A DNA stretch of 64,000 bases, taken from contig NC_068992.1 in NCBI RefSeq assembly GCF_001194135.2, forward strand, positions 23,310,820-23,374,819, in the 5' to 3' direction. The DNA comes from Octopus bimaculoides (lineage: Eukaryota). How positions within the stretch are numbered: position 1 is the first letter of the stretch; each line of letters starts with the position of its first letter. Position numbers and translations under genes: made by a program. Of the stretch, positions 15,111 through 28,440 are shown piece by piece. The notes below the pieces were generated by a model. It made no database searches. It was not told the DNA's origin and worked only from the letters and a program-made list of their open reading frames with translations.

Positions 15111-17397
15111 AAACCATTATATATAAAAAGACAAACAAAGATTATACTAACAATTGGTAAGTAGCTTGTATTGCAACCATATAGACCTGGAATTTAAAAA
15201 ATATGACCTATGTTTAGAAGAATTTTATCATATTTTTACATCTAAGGGAAATGTAAGAAATTCTAGACAGGAACAGGTTTCAGATGCTTGCACGTGACTA
15301 AGTTCACTTTCGCTCAGTATAAATGAATAATAAACATTTAAACAACGGAATGTTTTCAAATGACGGAATATAAATGATTATCCAATCAAAATTTGAGTTG
15401 AAAATAGTTCGCGTCTAACTTAACGAACAACTCTACATCATACAACGCAGAGTAGATAAACAAAAAAAAAACTTTAAGCAGTTAACTCGAAGGATATTAA
15501 GGAAAGACCCTGAAGAAACTGCACCAATATTATAGTAGGGTTGCAATTGCAACGGTTACTAACCAGTGCAGTTGAAACATGTGTAGGTCTATGTAAAGTT
15601 GTATGTATATAGGAGTGGCTGTGTGTGTGTAGGCGCAGGAGTGGCTGTGAAAGAGAATAAAGAATGAACAGTTTCAGCCGATCAGTATTTAAGTATAAAT
15701 ATATACATATTTATATATTAAAAGATCAAACCTACACAGTGTACAAACGACAGAGAAAATTAACAAACTCGTTTCTTTTCTGCATTAAGAACTCCGTATG
15801 GAGATCCCTAGGTGCAATTAGGATGTTCTTTGTAAGTGCACCCAAGAAATTGCTTCTCTTAATTCTACCTGAATCACAAATTCAACCCAGCTATTCTGTA
15901 TCTGTCTATTAAACCCACGATGACTTCCACACCTACACAAATGTATATCAACCGAATTATAAATCAAGCATGCTACCATGTTATATTTACCTCCAGAATC
16001 TCCTGGAAAACCCAACCGCACACTGCCCCATACTTACCCTGAAACCTATATAAAATATCACGTGTAAGCCGCTGATTCCATTACAATCACACTTTCGCTA
16101 AAAGAAAACCCCAACAAAACATTCTCACAATTATTGCAAGTAAAAAGCCCTTGTAAAACTACAGAACTGTCAAAGATGTATGCATTAATTTTGGTTATAA
16201 CATAATGTTTGTGTGAGAAGTAGAAGTTTTCAGAAGAAGAAATCAATGAACGAACTCGTACATTACAAGTACAACCTGTTAGCAGAACAGTAAATATATA
16301 TAGGAGTTTTCTCAGTTTAAAAATTCCTTGTTATCTTCGTTCAATTGATGTTTGTGTCTTTCTTAGAAATCACATTCTTCTTAAGTGGAAGGCTTCAAAT
16401 AATAAAAGAGGAAAAAAGCGTACATAAATCCGTGCATTATCATATCAATCATGCTGGATTTCAATTATTCAACACAAAACAAACGCGAATGTAACGCAGC
16501 TTCAGCTATGGCAGTATTACTGATAATATATATATACATATATNNNNNNNNNNNNNNNNNNNNNNNNNNNNNNNNNNNNNNNNNNNNNNNNNNNNNNNNN
16601 NNNNNNNNNNNNNNNNNNNNNNNNNNNNNNNNNNNNNNNNNNNNNNNNNNNNNNNNNNNNNNNNNNNNNNNNNNNNNNNNNNNNNNNNNNNNNNNNNNNN
16701 NNNNNNNNATATAAGGAATTAAAAAAATAAAGTCGATGCTAATACATATTTCGCATTTAAATTTCCAAAATCAAAAGCACACTTTTTTAACGTGCATATA
16801 CAATATTTAAGTAAAACAAGGAATTAAAAATGCTATACATTGTGCTTATATTACACGTAAAACACCATTTACTATCCTAATATATTTAAGCATTAGATGT
16901 ACGCTAACGAATACAAATTACATAGTTTTAGTTTAATGGAAGAGCAGCTCAAAATATATTAGTAGAATAATTGAATTATGTTACTGAATAATATACATTT
17001 GATATATTTAATTTTTGAATGTCGTTTGTTGTTAAACTAAGTTTGTATCTCAATCTTTAAAGTTTTAATGACTTCGAATCCTTCAATATCGTAGCACTGT
17101 ATATTAATGTTTATAAAGACATTAAGCAGTGTAAATTATTCGTGTTCACCTAAGGAATTTTATTACGAAATGCATGTTAGAACTGACGTATATTGATTCA
17201 TAATACTTTATCTCTTGTCTTGCTTTCTGGTACGTATTTTTTTAAAAGTTCATCTTGAGTTCTTCCCTCTTTTTCGGCGTATATATAAATATCTGTGCCT
17301 TCCACCGCGCGCGCATCACTCGAAGATATGTACAGACATCCATGCATCACATGCATAAATATATATATATATACATATACATACATATATATGTATG

Positions 17398-17441
<44 letters not shown>

Positions 17442-18934
17442 TGCATACATCATAAGCATCTATTTTTGTGTAGTGGTATTTTACTAACGGTTTTGATTTT
17501 CAATAAGACAATACAGACAAGGCCTCCCGGTTTATAATATGCAATGCTTGAACAAATACCTAACCTAATTTTCTGCATACTTAATGAAGAAGACATAATA
17601 CAGGTCTGCTACTATATTTCTAGAAAGAGAATAATTTCTGAAATTCGATTTATGTAGTTTGGGATCTTATTACGTTCAATGTTTGTAACATGCCAGGTTA
17701 TTTATATTGCAGAAATCATGTGGTTTATTTCATTGAATGTAAGACAGTTATTAATTTTAATATTGGAATTTGATCTATAGAATGATTCTACCTTTAGTGA
17801 ATACATTGAAATGTCTTAAAGGATATTTCAAGAGATGTAGGCGGACATGCAAAGTTACATAAGTATTATTTCATAGATTATAGTAACTGAACCCATCAAT
17901 ATGATATAACAGACGAGAAAATCATAATCTCAAGTGAAATATTTCGGCATTGTGCTATATCTCATATATCATATTCAACGTCTATTTTCCTACTTTCTCA
18001 ACGATTAACGCTCTGAGTTTTCAAAAGCCAGATACATGGATGTTATTCTTCCTATGAAATGCAGCAGATATGTCGTACACTACAGCTGTACACAAGCTCA
18101 CAACAGCAATACAATTCTATAGCGTAGCAGGCATCTAAAACCATTTGAACTTATTCGCCCGTATTTCTGTTCTATTTATATAAAACGTTTTGGAGAAAAA
18201 ACTTCAATTTCAAATCAAACCGCTTCGTTGTTGACATTTTGTTAGCCTTTTTAACTTTCTCTGATAGATTTCTATTTATATGACAAACATTTTCAACAGG
18301 TTGACATGTCTAATTTTGCAGTATAAACAGTTGCAGGAATTTTCATGTTATCAATTCCTATAAGGCCATTTTTTAATGATAAAAACAAATATTAAGAGCT
18401 CACTCTTTTATTCCATGGGCAACGATGAAAACCTGATACTTATAATTACACATTTAAGAACGAAAAACATAGGAAATGATGCTGAAGAACTTGGTAAATT
18501 AACAATCTGGTGTGTTTATTTTAATAGTCTACCAATATATACAGTACGTTTCTCTGCCCTAGGTGTCAGGAAAACATTCGGCAAGAAATGGAAACTGAAA
18601 TGAAGGAAGATGCTAATGAAAAAAAAAAAAAAAAAAAAAAAAAANNNNNNNNNNATTTTAAAGCAAACATAATTTTCTTATGGTTTCTTAAACATTCACT
18701 TGAACAAAACTGTACAAATCCAAATATATGGTACCCTAGGCATAACACCTACATGAACTTCTAACTTGTTGTCTCTTGAGGTCTCTGGGTGAGACTTGGA
18801 TCCAACTTGTACAAATGCAAAACAAAAGTCAAACATAAAATAATAATAATAATAATAACAACAACAACAATGTCAACAACAAAAACAATAATAAAACAAT
18901 AATAAAATAATACGCCTTCATTTACGGTATCCCG

Positions 18935-19300
18935 CACCCTAAGAACTGATATGAACACCATCCAGAGCCAGTCACTGAGGGAGGGAATGTTTCTAGCCCA
19001 GGGGATTAAAGAATACATACAGACAGGCAAATAAATTCTAAGAGACCATCGTCATCAACGACGTAAAACAAATAAAAATGTGCCTTTTAATTGACCTGCG
19101 AGTAGCTACTGATAGAAAAAGCTGAGTAAACAGCTCAGTAAATGTGTTTGAGATGGAGATATCGAGGACATGGCAATTAAAAACCACAACCAACTCTGTT
19201 GTTGTAGGTGCCAATGGGATGACCAACAAAGGTACTTACAAACTTTTTGACCAGATCCTTGGGAAACCAATAATCTGTGCAACTCAAAAAATTGTATTGA
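18935..19300 (+). mobile_element. R4/Dong-like LINE REL endonuclease fragment
   Basis: YEHHPEPVTEGGNV..IHTDRQINSKRP/..IVIND.K..MCLLIDLRVATD..EMEISRTWQLKT..VVVGANG..KG..ILGKP..TQKIVL. The segment 18655-18850 ending in a TAA tail is probably a 3'UTR of a related copy. Confidence 0.8.
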
Positions 19301-19589
19301 AGTGTTGAACAAAATGACAGGAGAATTTGATCATATTTACACAAAACTGTTTGATCCTTCTTTTTGTTTTCCTTTTTATTTTTTCATGTTTCCTCTTTTT
19401 TTCTTTTTTTTTCACCCGTTATACGCTTAAAAATCGAAGACTGACGATGTCTGTCAAGGTGGGAACGCAGGTTGCTCTCGTTCAAATTATTGAATTTGAA
19501 TTTCTTTGATTTTGAATTTCAATATATCACTTTTCATTTTAAACTCGACAAAAACAGGCAAGCTGCCGAGATATTGTTCAAACCAAAAT

Positions 19590-19810
19590 GCGGGGAGCTG
19601 GCAGAAACGTTAGCACGCCGGGTAAAATGCTCAGTGGTATTTCGTAGGTCTTCACATTTTGAGTTCAAATTCCTCCGAGGTCGACTTTGCCTTTCATTCT
19701 TTCGGGGTCGATAAATTAAGTACCAGTTGCTTAGTTGGGTCGATATAATTGACCGGCCCCCACTCCTTCAAAATTTCGGGCCTTGTGCCTAGAGTAGAAA
19801 AGAATTTTCT
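19590..19810 (+). mobile_element. tRNA-derived SINE (family C)
   Basis: A-box-like GCTGGCAGAAACGTTAG and B-box GAGTTCAAATTCC. Reverse copies at 38170-38312 and 44865-45025, and a 3' part at 10335-10400. Confidence 0.7.
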
Positions 19811-19900
19811 TCAAACCAATAAAATACGTATTGCAATCGTATTGTTTATTTACATTTCTGAGGAGTTACATCAGCCCTTTAAAAATATTATTGTTATTAC

Positions 19901-19975
<75 letters not shown>

Positions 19976-21194
19976 CATCTCGTGGATGTAGTGGTAGCGT
20001 TGGTTGTAGAAGGTTTAGTAGCCGCAACAATATCTTCACCAAAATTGCTGATATCACCAGCAATATTATCTTTATATCACTCCCTGATTGCATGACTGTA
20101 GATTATGTGTCTCATATGCTAAATTTGTAGGATTCTAAAAAGAAAATAAGGCAAATTGGTTAACCTCACAAATAGAACATTTTGCAGTTATATAGTAACT
20201 AGAAAACCAGTCCAATAAGTAAACTAGACAAAACAATATGCTTAATTGGCGGCTATCTAATCAGCAATTCCATTAGAGCTATATTTACATGCAGAGAGAT
20301 ACAATTGGATTAAATGTAATCTCTATGGCTTACTTTAGTTTGATATCTACTGGATCACAATTGTACTTCTGTGCAATGTAGACGAAAAAGAAAAAATATA
20401 TATATATCCATATGGTTCTCGCGTTAGATTTATTTTACGGTAACATATACTGCAATACGTTCTGTGTATTTTTTGTCTCGATATGTAACCGCGTGTGTAA
20501 TACTCTCCTTCACTCCCTTTCTTACTCGCTTTTTGTACAAGTATGTATGTATGTATGTATGTATGTATGTATGTATGTATGTATATATATATATATATAT
20601 ATATACGTGTATGTATTTATATACATATATGCACACTCATACGCGCTCACTCACGAACATGCACTTCATTTCTCTCTCACTCTATTTGTCAATGTATCTA
20701 TCAATCCATATGTCTATTTATTTATTTATCTACATGTATGTTTGTATGCGTATATATGTGTGCGTGCGCATGCATGCATTTATGTATGTAAATATATTGT
20801 ATGTGACTCATAGTCTGACAATCCTTAAGTCAGAAAAAATAGGCACGCATATATTTGTGACTAAAATGAGTATACAATTGAAACTATACAACATTATATA
20901 TCGTATGGTAGTAATTTCCGACCATACGAGTAATTTTCGCACCGGATATTAAATAAGTAGGTGGTTATCTTATACACATTTCGAGTTTAACATTTTCTCA
21001 TCACCTTCCTGAGACAATCATCGATCATTTTATAAAACGTGGAAGTTGGTCAGATATTCTAAAGCAAACTGAACTGAAGTTAGAACCAGCTAAGACAGTG
21101 TTAGAAACAGCATTTGAATGTGTGGACTAGATGTACACTTCTTATATCTCAACTGAAAATTCTCTGATTATGCTTACGTCCATTAACAATGTGA

Positions 21195-21352
21195 GAGAGT
21201 GGCTGTGTTGTAAGTAGCTTGCTTACCAACCACATGTTTCTGGGTTCAGTCACACTGTGTGGCACCTTGGGCTAGTGACTTCTACTATAGCCTCGGGCCG
21301 ACCAAAGCCTTGTGAGTGGATTTAGTAGACAGAAACTGAAAGAAGCCCGCCG

Positions 21353-21389
<37 letters not shown>

Positions 21390-21605
21390 ATGTATGTGTG
21401 TTTGTGTGTCTGTGTTTGCCCCCCCCCCGCCATCGCTTGACAACCGATGCTGGTGTGTTTGCGTCCCCGTAACTGAGTGGTTCGGGAAAATAGACCAATA
21501 GCGTAAGTACTAGGCTTCCAAGGAATAAGTCCTGGGGTCAGTTTCCTCGACTAAAGGCGGTGCTCCAGCATGGCCGCAGTCAAATGACTGAAACAAGTAA
21601 AAGAC
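21195..21605 (+). mobile_element. Composite SINE (family B): tRNA-like head, (TA)n spacer, 3' module
   Basis: Head GAGTGGCTGTG..GTAAGTAGCTTGCTTACCAACCACATG..GGGTTCAGTC recurs at 35360 and 54140. The 3' module recurs at 13455, 32440, 32698 and 52520. Confidence 0.8.
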
Positions 21606-21763
21606 TAAAGACAGTCAGAGTATACCCAAATTTGAAACGTACCATCTCTGTGAATATAAGCAAACTATTCCTAAAAATTTCTTTTAAATATTTCTCATGT
21701 AGTACTTTAAGAATGGAAAAGATATATTTATTATATTATAGATTTTAGAGCAATGATTACTTG

Positions 21764-22295
21764 CCAACATAATGTGGCAGCTCTGGTAAGAAGGATTGTT
21801 ACAGTCACTTAGCCCCAGGAAACATCGTCTCTAACTGGCTATACGACACACTATCTGTGTCCTTATAGTTTCGAACAAGGGAGTTTATCGTCCCCACTCA
21901 AACCAAAGCAATATCTGCGTACCAGTGGTTTTCTGGTTTATTTTACTTCATCAGCACAGAATAACTGCTTGGTTAGAGATGGCGCCGCTAAATTCTTGTT
22001 CGAAATATATACTTTTCAGAGTGACACACAGCCGTGCAATTTATTTTGTGCTGATGGAAATAACCCAGAAACCGTTGGTACGCAGATATTGCTTAGGGCT
22101 GAGCGAGAACACTAAATTCCCTTGTTCGAAAATATAAGGATGCAGATAGTGTATTGTATAGCCAGCTGGGGGACGATGTTTGCTAGGGCTAAATAACAGT
22201 CGTCCTAATCAGGACTGCCTCATTATGTTGGGAAATAATCTTAACTCTAGAGTACTGTTTCTAAACGCGTTTCGTTCAGAGATTTAGAAATAATA
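21764..22295 (+). mobile_element. Fold-back element, copy 2
   Basis: Inverted arms about 21764-21968 and 22036-22231. Outer arm CCAACATAATG.GGCAG...ACTGTTATTTAGCCCTAG is shared with copy 1. AGAGATTTAGAAAT follows about 47 nt after the right arm. Confidence 0.8.
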
Positions 22296-22869
22296 TGTTT
22301 CTATCTATTATAGAGTTTCATCGCTTTTATTTAGCTACGTATTTTCACAAAGAAAAAGACTTACCACTAAAATAATATTGGAAACGCCAAATATTTCAAA
22401 TACATTTCCAAAACTGTAATGGACTGTGTTCCAACATGTATTCTGCCGGCGAATACTCTTGAATTTTCTTGTAAACAGAATTTTATAGATATGACTAAGC
22501 TGTAGATTTTATGCACCATTATGTAGGCAGAAATGGTAGGATTTGAGGAAGTAGTTATAAAATAATTTCTAATCCAGTTGGTCACCATTGGAAGTTAACT
22601 GATATAATCTAAAATCTCAGCAGTTTAGAAGCAAATTTAAATATCAATGAATCTACAAACTATAAAGCGTTGAATGTGAGGTCTTACCTACCGGAAAGAA
22701 CAAGTCGTAAATCATACATAAATGAGACAATAGCAGTTCAAAGTTTACACTTATAAATTTGAACGGAATTAAGGAATTTTTGTTTAAGCTACGAAACACT
22801 AGAAAAGTATAGCAAGGAAGAAGAATATCAAGATGTATTCCATACCATGTGTGTGTGTGTGTATGTGTA

Positions 22870-22911
<42 letters not shown>

Positions 22912-23699
22912 AGTGTGTTTGAGTGTGTTTGAGTGTGTATGTGTGTCTACTGGTAAAATCTTGTTGAATGACAGTTATTGTATTGCCATATGTGATGCAC
23001 TTAGCAATGATACATACGGATATTACGTGTGATCAGCATATTCCACATTCAATCATCTCTAGAGCATACATACATAAAGATATCATCATATGCAGTAGAT
23101 AAAACCCGGAAATAGGAAAACCGTTTATCCATATTAATTCGTACTATTTCTCGAGGCATGTAGGGCAAAATAGAATCTAAAGATTTACACATATAAAGTG
23201 ATACTGGTAAAATGTTTCTATTTTCTTTATTAATTCAATTTCAGTTCATGATCTGTATATCATAAATATGAATATATGACTACATGACTGTAAGTGCATA
23301 AATAGACACACATACACAGAGAAACACATGTACACACCGGGTATATATATATAAATTTAGATTCAAAGTGAATATCGTACTTAAGTTTAGGCATCAGAAT
23401 TTAGTATGGTATTATCCAAGCAATTCCAAAAAATAAGGTGGTCAAAAATCAAAATAAGCAACAAGAATATTCAAGGTTACTGCAGTATGATCGTTTCATG
23501 CGACTCCATTTATTTAAGCAATGCGAGCATTACATTAAATGTAAAATGCAGAGCAATCTTCAGGTGCACAAAAATACAGAAATGTTATTGAAATTTCATT
23601 TCAGTAGAAGGATAAATTACTGTTGTAACTACATTTAAACAATACAAGTGGGAAGGAAGAATATTAAAAAAAAATATTTAGATTTAGCCAAATCAAACA

Positions 23700-24081
23700 G
23701 GCTAGTATCTGTTTCGGAGCCTACCTCTTTATGGCATCAATGCGCACCGGCCCCACTCACTAATATCAGGTCCCGCTTGCTAGATCAACTGGTCATCAAA
23801 TAAAGCTCAATATTTCTCTAGCCATCGCTCATCGTCTTTTTTTTAACCAAATCCAGTGGCTAGCCTTTTCCACTGTAGTTTGGTATTTACCTTACGATGA
23901 GTTAGGCCTAACGTTAACAGCAGTCGTCTCACACTGTGTCCAACAAACCATCTACATCCAACTTCGATTGGAAAATGCTCCACTTCTCAGCCTAGGCCTT
24001 CACATTCCTCGGGAAGGTTTACATAACGTTCAATCTTTCGAGCCCGATTCATGAGGAATCGTTAACTCGACTAGATTCACG
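23700..24081 (-). mobile_element. Hero/R2-group (REL) non-LTR retrotransposon 3' end
   Basis: VNLVELTIPHE, ECEGLG*EVEHFPIEVGCRWFVGHSVRRLLLTLGL, VEKASHWIWLKKDDERWLEKY* (stop 23807-23809). ELTVPWE / IEVGCRGF / AS.WIW are typical Hero-type motifs. Confidence 0.85.
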
Positions 24082-24139
<58 letters not shown>

Positions 24140-24689
24140 TCTCTTTCTCTCTCTCTCTTTCTCTCTCTCTNNNNNNNNNNNNNNNNNNNNNNNNNNNNNN
24201 NNNNNNNNNNNNNNNNNNNNNNNNNNNNNNNNNNNNNNNNNNNNTATATATATATATATATATATATATAAATTTATATATGAGTATCAAAGATATACAT
24301 ATGTCAATTCATTACGGCCGTTTCAAGCGGATACATTTAATTGAATAAGGAAAAGATTACATCAATTTGAAAGATCCCGTACGCGTCAGATGACCGCATA
24401 AACTTCAAACATAAAGGCTAAACCATTTCTTTTAACAAAATTGCATCAGTAATGGGAACCATAATATGTACATTGTTTCCTTTTGTTATATATGCGGAGG
24501 AATCTGCAATACTTGAAACGCCCATCACTCCACAAAATGTAACCATTCACATATACACAGACAAGCCGACATAATTTTAAGCTTGTACTCACATACGTTC
24601 ATACCCATTCACCCCATTCGCACATACAGGCACACACACATACACATACCCTTATCACATACACACACGCGCATGCGTACTCTAGTTCG

Positions 24690-24960
24690 ACTGGGTCACC
24701 GTTATTATAACTCTTTCACTCAGCCTCTTTCTTCTGGACCTTTCGTCATGTTGAACCGTTAATCCGTACACATTTGCCGTCTCTCCTTTTCGTATAGTTC
24801 CCTCTTCGTTTTTTCCCCTCTTAATCTTTTCTCTTGAAGAGCATAGGCTCGAAACGTCAAAGACTTTTCCATTCTTCCTGAGTGTGAAACTAACACACCT
24901 ACTTGCAGTTCCTTCTCCTGCCTTCGTCTTTTGTTTTCTGTAAATTTGAACAACATATAA
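24690..24960 (+). mobile_element. Penelope-type pseudo-LTR / retrozyme-like element, second copy
   Basis: Homologous to 27-232 around the hammerhead-like motif; followed by (TA)n. Confidence 0.55.
24827..24863 (+). ncRNA. Minimal hammerhead-like motif, variant core CUCUUGA
   Basis: TTTT-CTCTTGA-A-GAGC-ATAG-GCTC-GAAAC-GT-C-AAAGA. Stem II is intact, ACGT palindrome present, GUC site at C24858. Confidence 0.5.
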
Positions 24961-25024
24961 ACATATATTTAAACATACATATACATATATCTTTGTGTGT
25001 ATGCGTGGGCGTATGCATATATGT

Positions 25025-25069
<45 letters not shown>

Positions 25070-25137
25070 NNNNNNNNNNNNNNNNNNNNNNNNNNNNNNN
25101 NNNNNNNNNNNNNNNNNNNNNNNNNNNNNNNNNNNNN

Positions 25138-25194
<57 letters not shown>

Positions 25195-26149
25195 GAAAGA
25201 GCGATAGAGAAAGGGAGAGCAATAGAGAGCGAAAAAGAGAGAGATATGAATACATGTGTGTATGAAATATGCTGTTATAGCAATGAAATATTAACAAGGG
25301 TCATCTTTTTTTAAGACAATAAAAGTGTCGAGCTTCAGACGAATGCAATTTAATGAGGAAATCTAAAGTATGTAAACCTATAGTTAATACCATTGCAATA
25401 ACTATTCTGTTACACATCTCCAATTTGATATCTCCATGGCCAGCCGCACCTTTAATGCGTTGCCTGTAGTTAGTTGTATTGTTATTGTGTTAATGGATGT
25501 CACATACTTTTGTCTATTGGTTATACAATGAAATTGCAATTACTGTCGATTTAGAGGCTGCACTCTGCATTGATATGACGATATCAGTAATTTTCTGTAA
25601 TCTTACACAACATTAATCGCGAGAGTGTGTATGTTCCAACGCATGCAATTATGTGTACATTCGTGCCTGGAAATAAGTATACATCTGTATGTAATAATTC
25701 CTGAGTGATCTGTATGTGGTTCACTTAGATGCAAATGTGCTGAGACAGTTTTTTAGGAGATGCATCAAAAATGTTTAGTTAAATACAAAGTTAATATTCG
25801 GAAGATATCAAATAAACTCTGAATTTCCGCCAGAAATTTTCAATGAAAATCAAAGCATCTCTTCTATCTCTCTTTGTTCTTTTATCTCTCAGACAATCAT
25901 CTGCATTAACACTGAAAACGGTATAATCATCGTAGACCGATAACCGTAAAACAGTAAAAAAAAAGGGGGAAAGAGAATGAATTGATCGAAGCTAAAATTG
26001 TTAAAACGCGGACGTTAAGTAGCATATTTACAACATCATTTGATATGTAACGATAATAGAGACGGAGTAGTTTACTTCTCCAGATTCCATTACTGCTATT
26101 TGTTTACTGTTTTATTGCTTAACGAACTAACAAATCACTTTCGTTCCTT

Positions 26150-28440
26150 CCAGATTGGATGCAACGCGTACCATTTAAATAAAGGGTCAATGAAATAGAG
26201 TAAGCTTAAACCCAGATCTAAGATGGTGGGTCCTCGTGCTTGTAAGGCTTTTCGTATTATGCTTCTAATTCCAAAAAAATTGTTGCCTTGTGTGGTTGGG
26301 AACGCACAATGAGTTCTGTAGCGAAATCAATGAAAAGGGCTATAGGCAGTAGGAAGATGTGATAAGCAGAGGTAGGATGTCCCTCTAAATTAACTTTCTA
26401 GGAATGAGACTAACACGTAATAATAGAGTCCTGGGTATGTTGTATAATAAACTACAGAACGAGGACTGTTGGATCCTATCTGATCCATTTGTGATCTAAG
26501 ATTAAACTACAGATGCGGCAAAAAAGAAAGGATTGTCCTTGGAGGAAATATGAAGGTTCTATTTGAGTGCCGCCCATATTTAAGGGGAATGCTAAGCGAC
26601 GATCTTTCCTTCATAAAGATAGGGCTTCAATGTTGTTTGATGTGCAAGAAACAAAATTGACACGGTTCCACTGAGAGTGCCCTCATGGTCCCTGCATGCG
26701 GTATCGACGCGTTTTTGGTATGCGGTTTCAAAGCTACTAGCAGATGATGGATTGTGAGATAAATTTAGAGAATTATACAAAATCGTGCCGTTTGCATAAA
26801 CTCGGGAGCTGTTGCTTGCGATGGTGGCTAATTCATTAATGTAAGGGAAGGAATATAGTGGGAACAACACCTAAAGCTGAACAACAGGTTTAAATGATAA
26901 TGACGCTGAAAAATATATGAGACATTTGAAAACTAAAGGTGGATTGATTTGATTGGAGATTTGCTAGTCAGGTTCTGTTGCAATATCACGTGGGCAACAG
27001 CATTTCTTGAGTGACAGAAGTGTATCACTAGTGGATCTAGCTCAACGGAAGATTTGCTGGTGTCAATTCAAACAGATATTGAAAGTGTTAGAAAACGATG
27101 TTGTTGATGTTGGTTTACATTACGTTAGAGCTGTCAGAGTTGATGGCTTTTCGCCAATTGTTGTTTGGGTCGGTGTGGATGAAATTCCTTTAAATGGGGC
27201 ATAATGCGTGTGTAACTTCGTAGAAAATAGAAATATCACAACAAGTTCTGGGACGCAGCGTTTGAGTGTAATAGAAGGAATATTATCACGTCCAGTGTTC
27301 TCGATTACTTGTAACAGCTAGAAATGTTTTCAAATTTGGTGTAGATGTATGTGATGTGAGGAACATGATGGTATTGAGTAGATTAGATTGAAGCAAATTG
27401 GACAAAGCTGTGTAGTATGAAGTTGAGTGAAAAGTAGAGAGCAAAGACAGAAGCTTTTTCCAGAGGTACATCGCTAGCAAAGTAATCATCTCTTAGACGG
27501 ATCAAATGATGCCATAAAAGTGTTGGACATCCTTTTAGTAAAGGACAAATGGAACGACTGCAATCTGGCAGATGAGATTTCTCAAGGGCAGTTTGATAAA
27601 ATAAAAACTGCAGTTCTTGCGCACAGCATAGTGATCTTACAAAATTTGAGTTGCTGGATGGAAAACGACCCAGGTGTTAGAAGTGAGTGAGATTTTCCAT
27701 TGAACACCATCTTTTCGTCTCCTACTGAGAATAGTTGCTGCAAAACTACATGAAAACCACATGTGAATCTTCGGTTATTGTGTGTAGAATGCGAAAGGAC
27801 ACGTCGAAAATGATGGTTTTGGTTACCCCAGAAGCCAGCTTTTCATACTGATTCCTAGCAACAGACATTCTGTCATGGACAAGTGACGTAAAACTGATGG
27901 AGCTCCGACTTCTCGGATGACTTGAAGTGCGATAGGTTCCATTGAGAAGAGTAATGATTTGTATGTGATTAAGTGTTAAGCAATCACACTGATACACTGG
28001 CCAGATGACTTTTTTAAAGTAACAGTGTTTGGAGAGTCTTTGTTCCGCTTCGGAACCTGAAACACAGATGAAACTTTTGTTTCCAAAGCTGATAAATAAA
28101 AGTATTTGGCTGCTGCACTGGCTAAATGAATATGGGTTGAGTGGTGAGGGCCATCAGTATTAAAGTGGATCGGAATATACTGAAGAGGATTTCTTCAGAT
28201 AACCGAGTGGTTAAATACGATTTCTAAATCTAGAGGCAGCGTACTCAACAAGATACTGCTTATTTTAGGAGTTCGGAGACTGACAGAAGGATCAAACACA
28301 TTTGAGGATATAAGAGGTAGAGACTGATTTAAAACCAGAGAAGCTTAGAGAAATGAAGTTTACAGAGGCGGACACGGTTTTGTAGGGGTTGTTTTCAGAA
28401 ATGTGTTTATTGAGTTCATTCTAGACAGTGGAAAATGGTT
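26150..28440 (-). mobile_element. Decayed CR1/L2-group LINE ORF2 (linker plus RT)
   Basis: Ordered motifs: PKIHMWFSCSFAATI, TGRDNIPSITLKRCVPEL (~GPDGIP..LK.CAPEL), DPNN.W..AINS..NVM*T.INN, LN*HQQIFR*ARSTSD, DIATEPD (~DISKAFD), VQL*VLFPLYSFPYINEL (~PQGSVL.P.LF..YINDL), VYANGTILY (~YADD). Confidence 0.85.

Noticed and set aside
15818-16021. GDSGG serine-protease-like motif in a minus-strand ORF
   Set aside because: It lacks the following PL.C and the downstream SWG/GC motifs, and no His or Asp catalytic exons were found.
18563-18760. Acceptor TTTCTCTGCCCTAG followed by CQENIRQEMETEMKEDANEKKK
   Set aside because: It runs into poly(A) and a gap, and the sequence after the gap looks like a LINE 3'UTR, so the frame cannot be evaluated.
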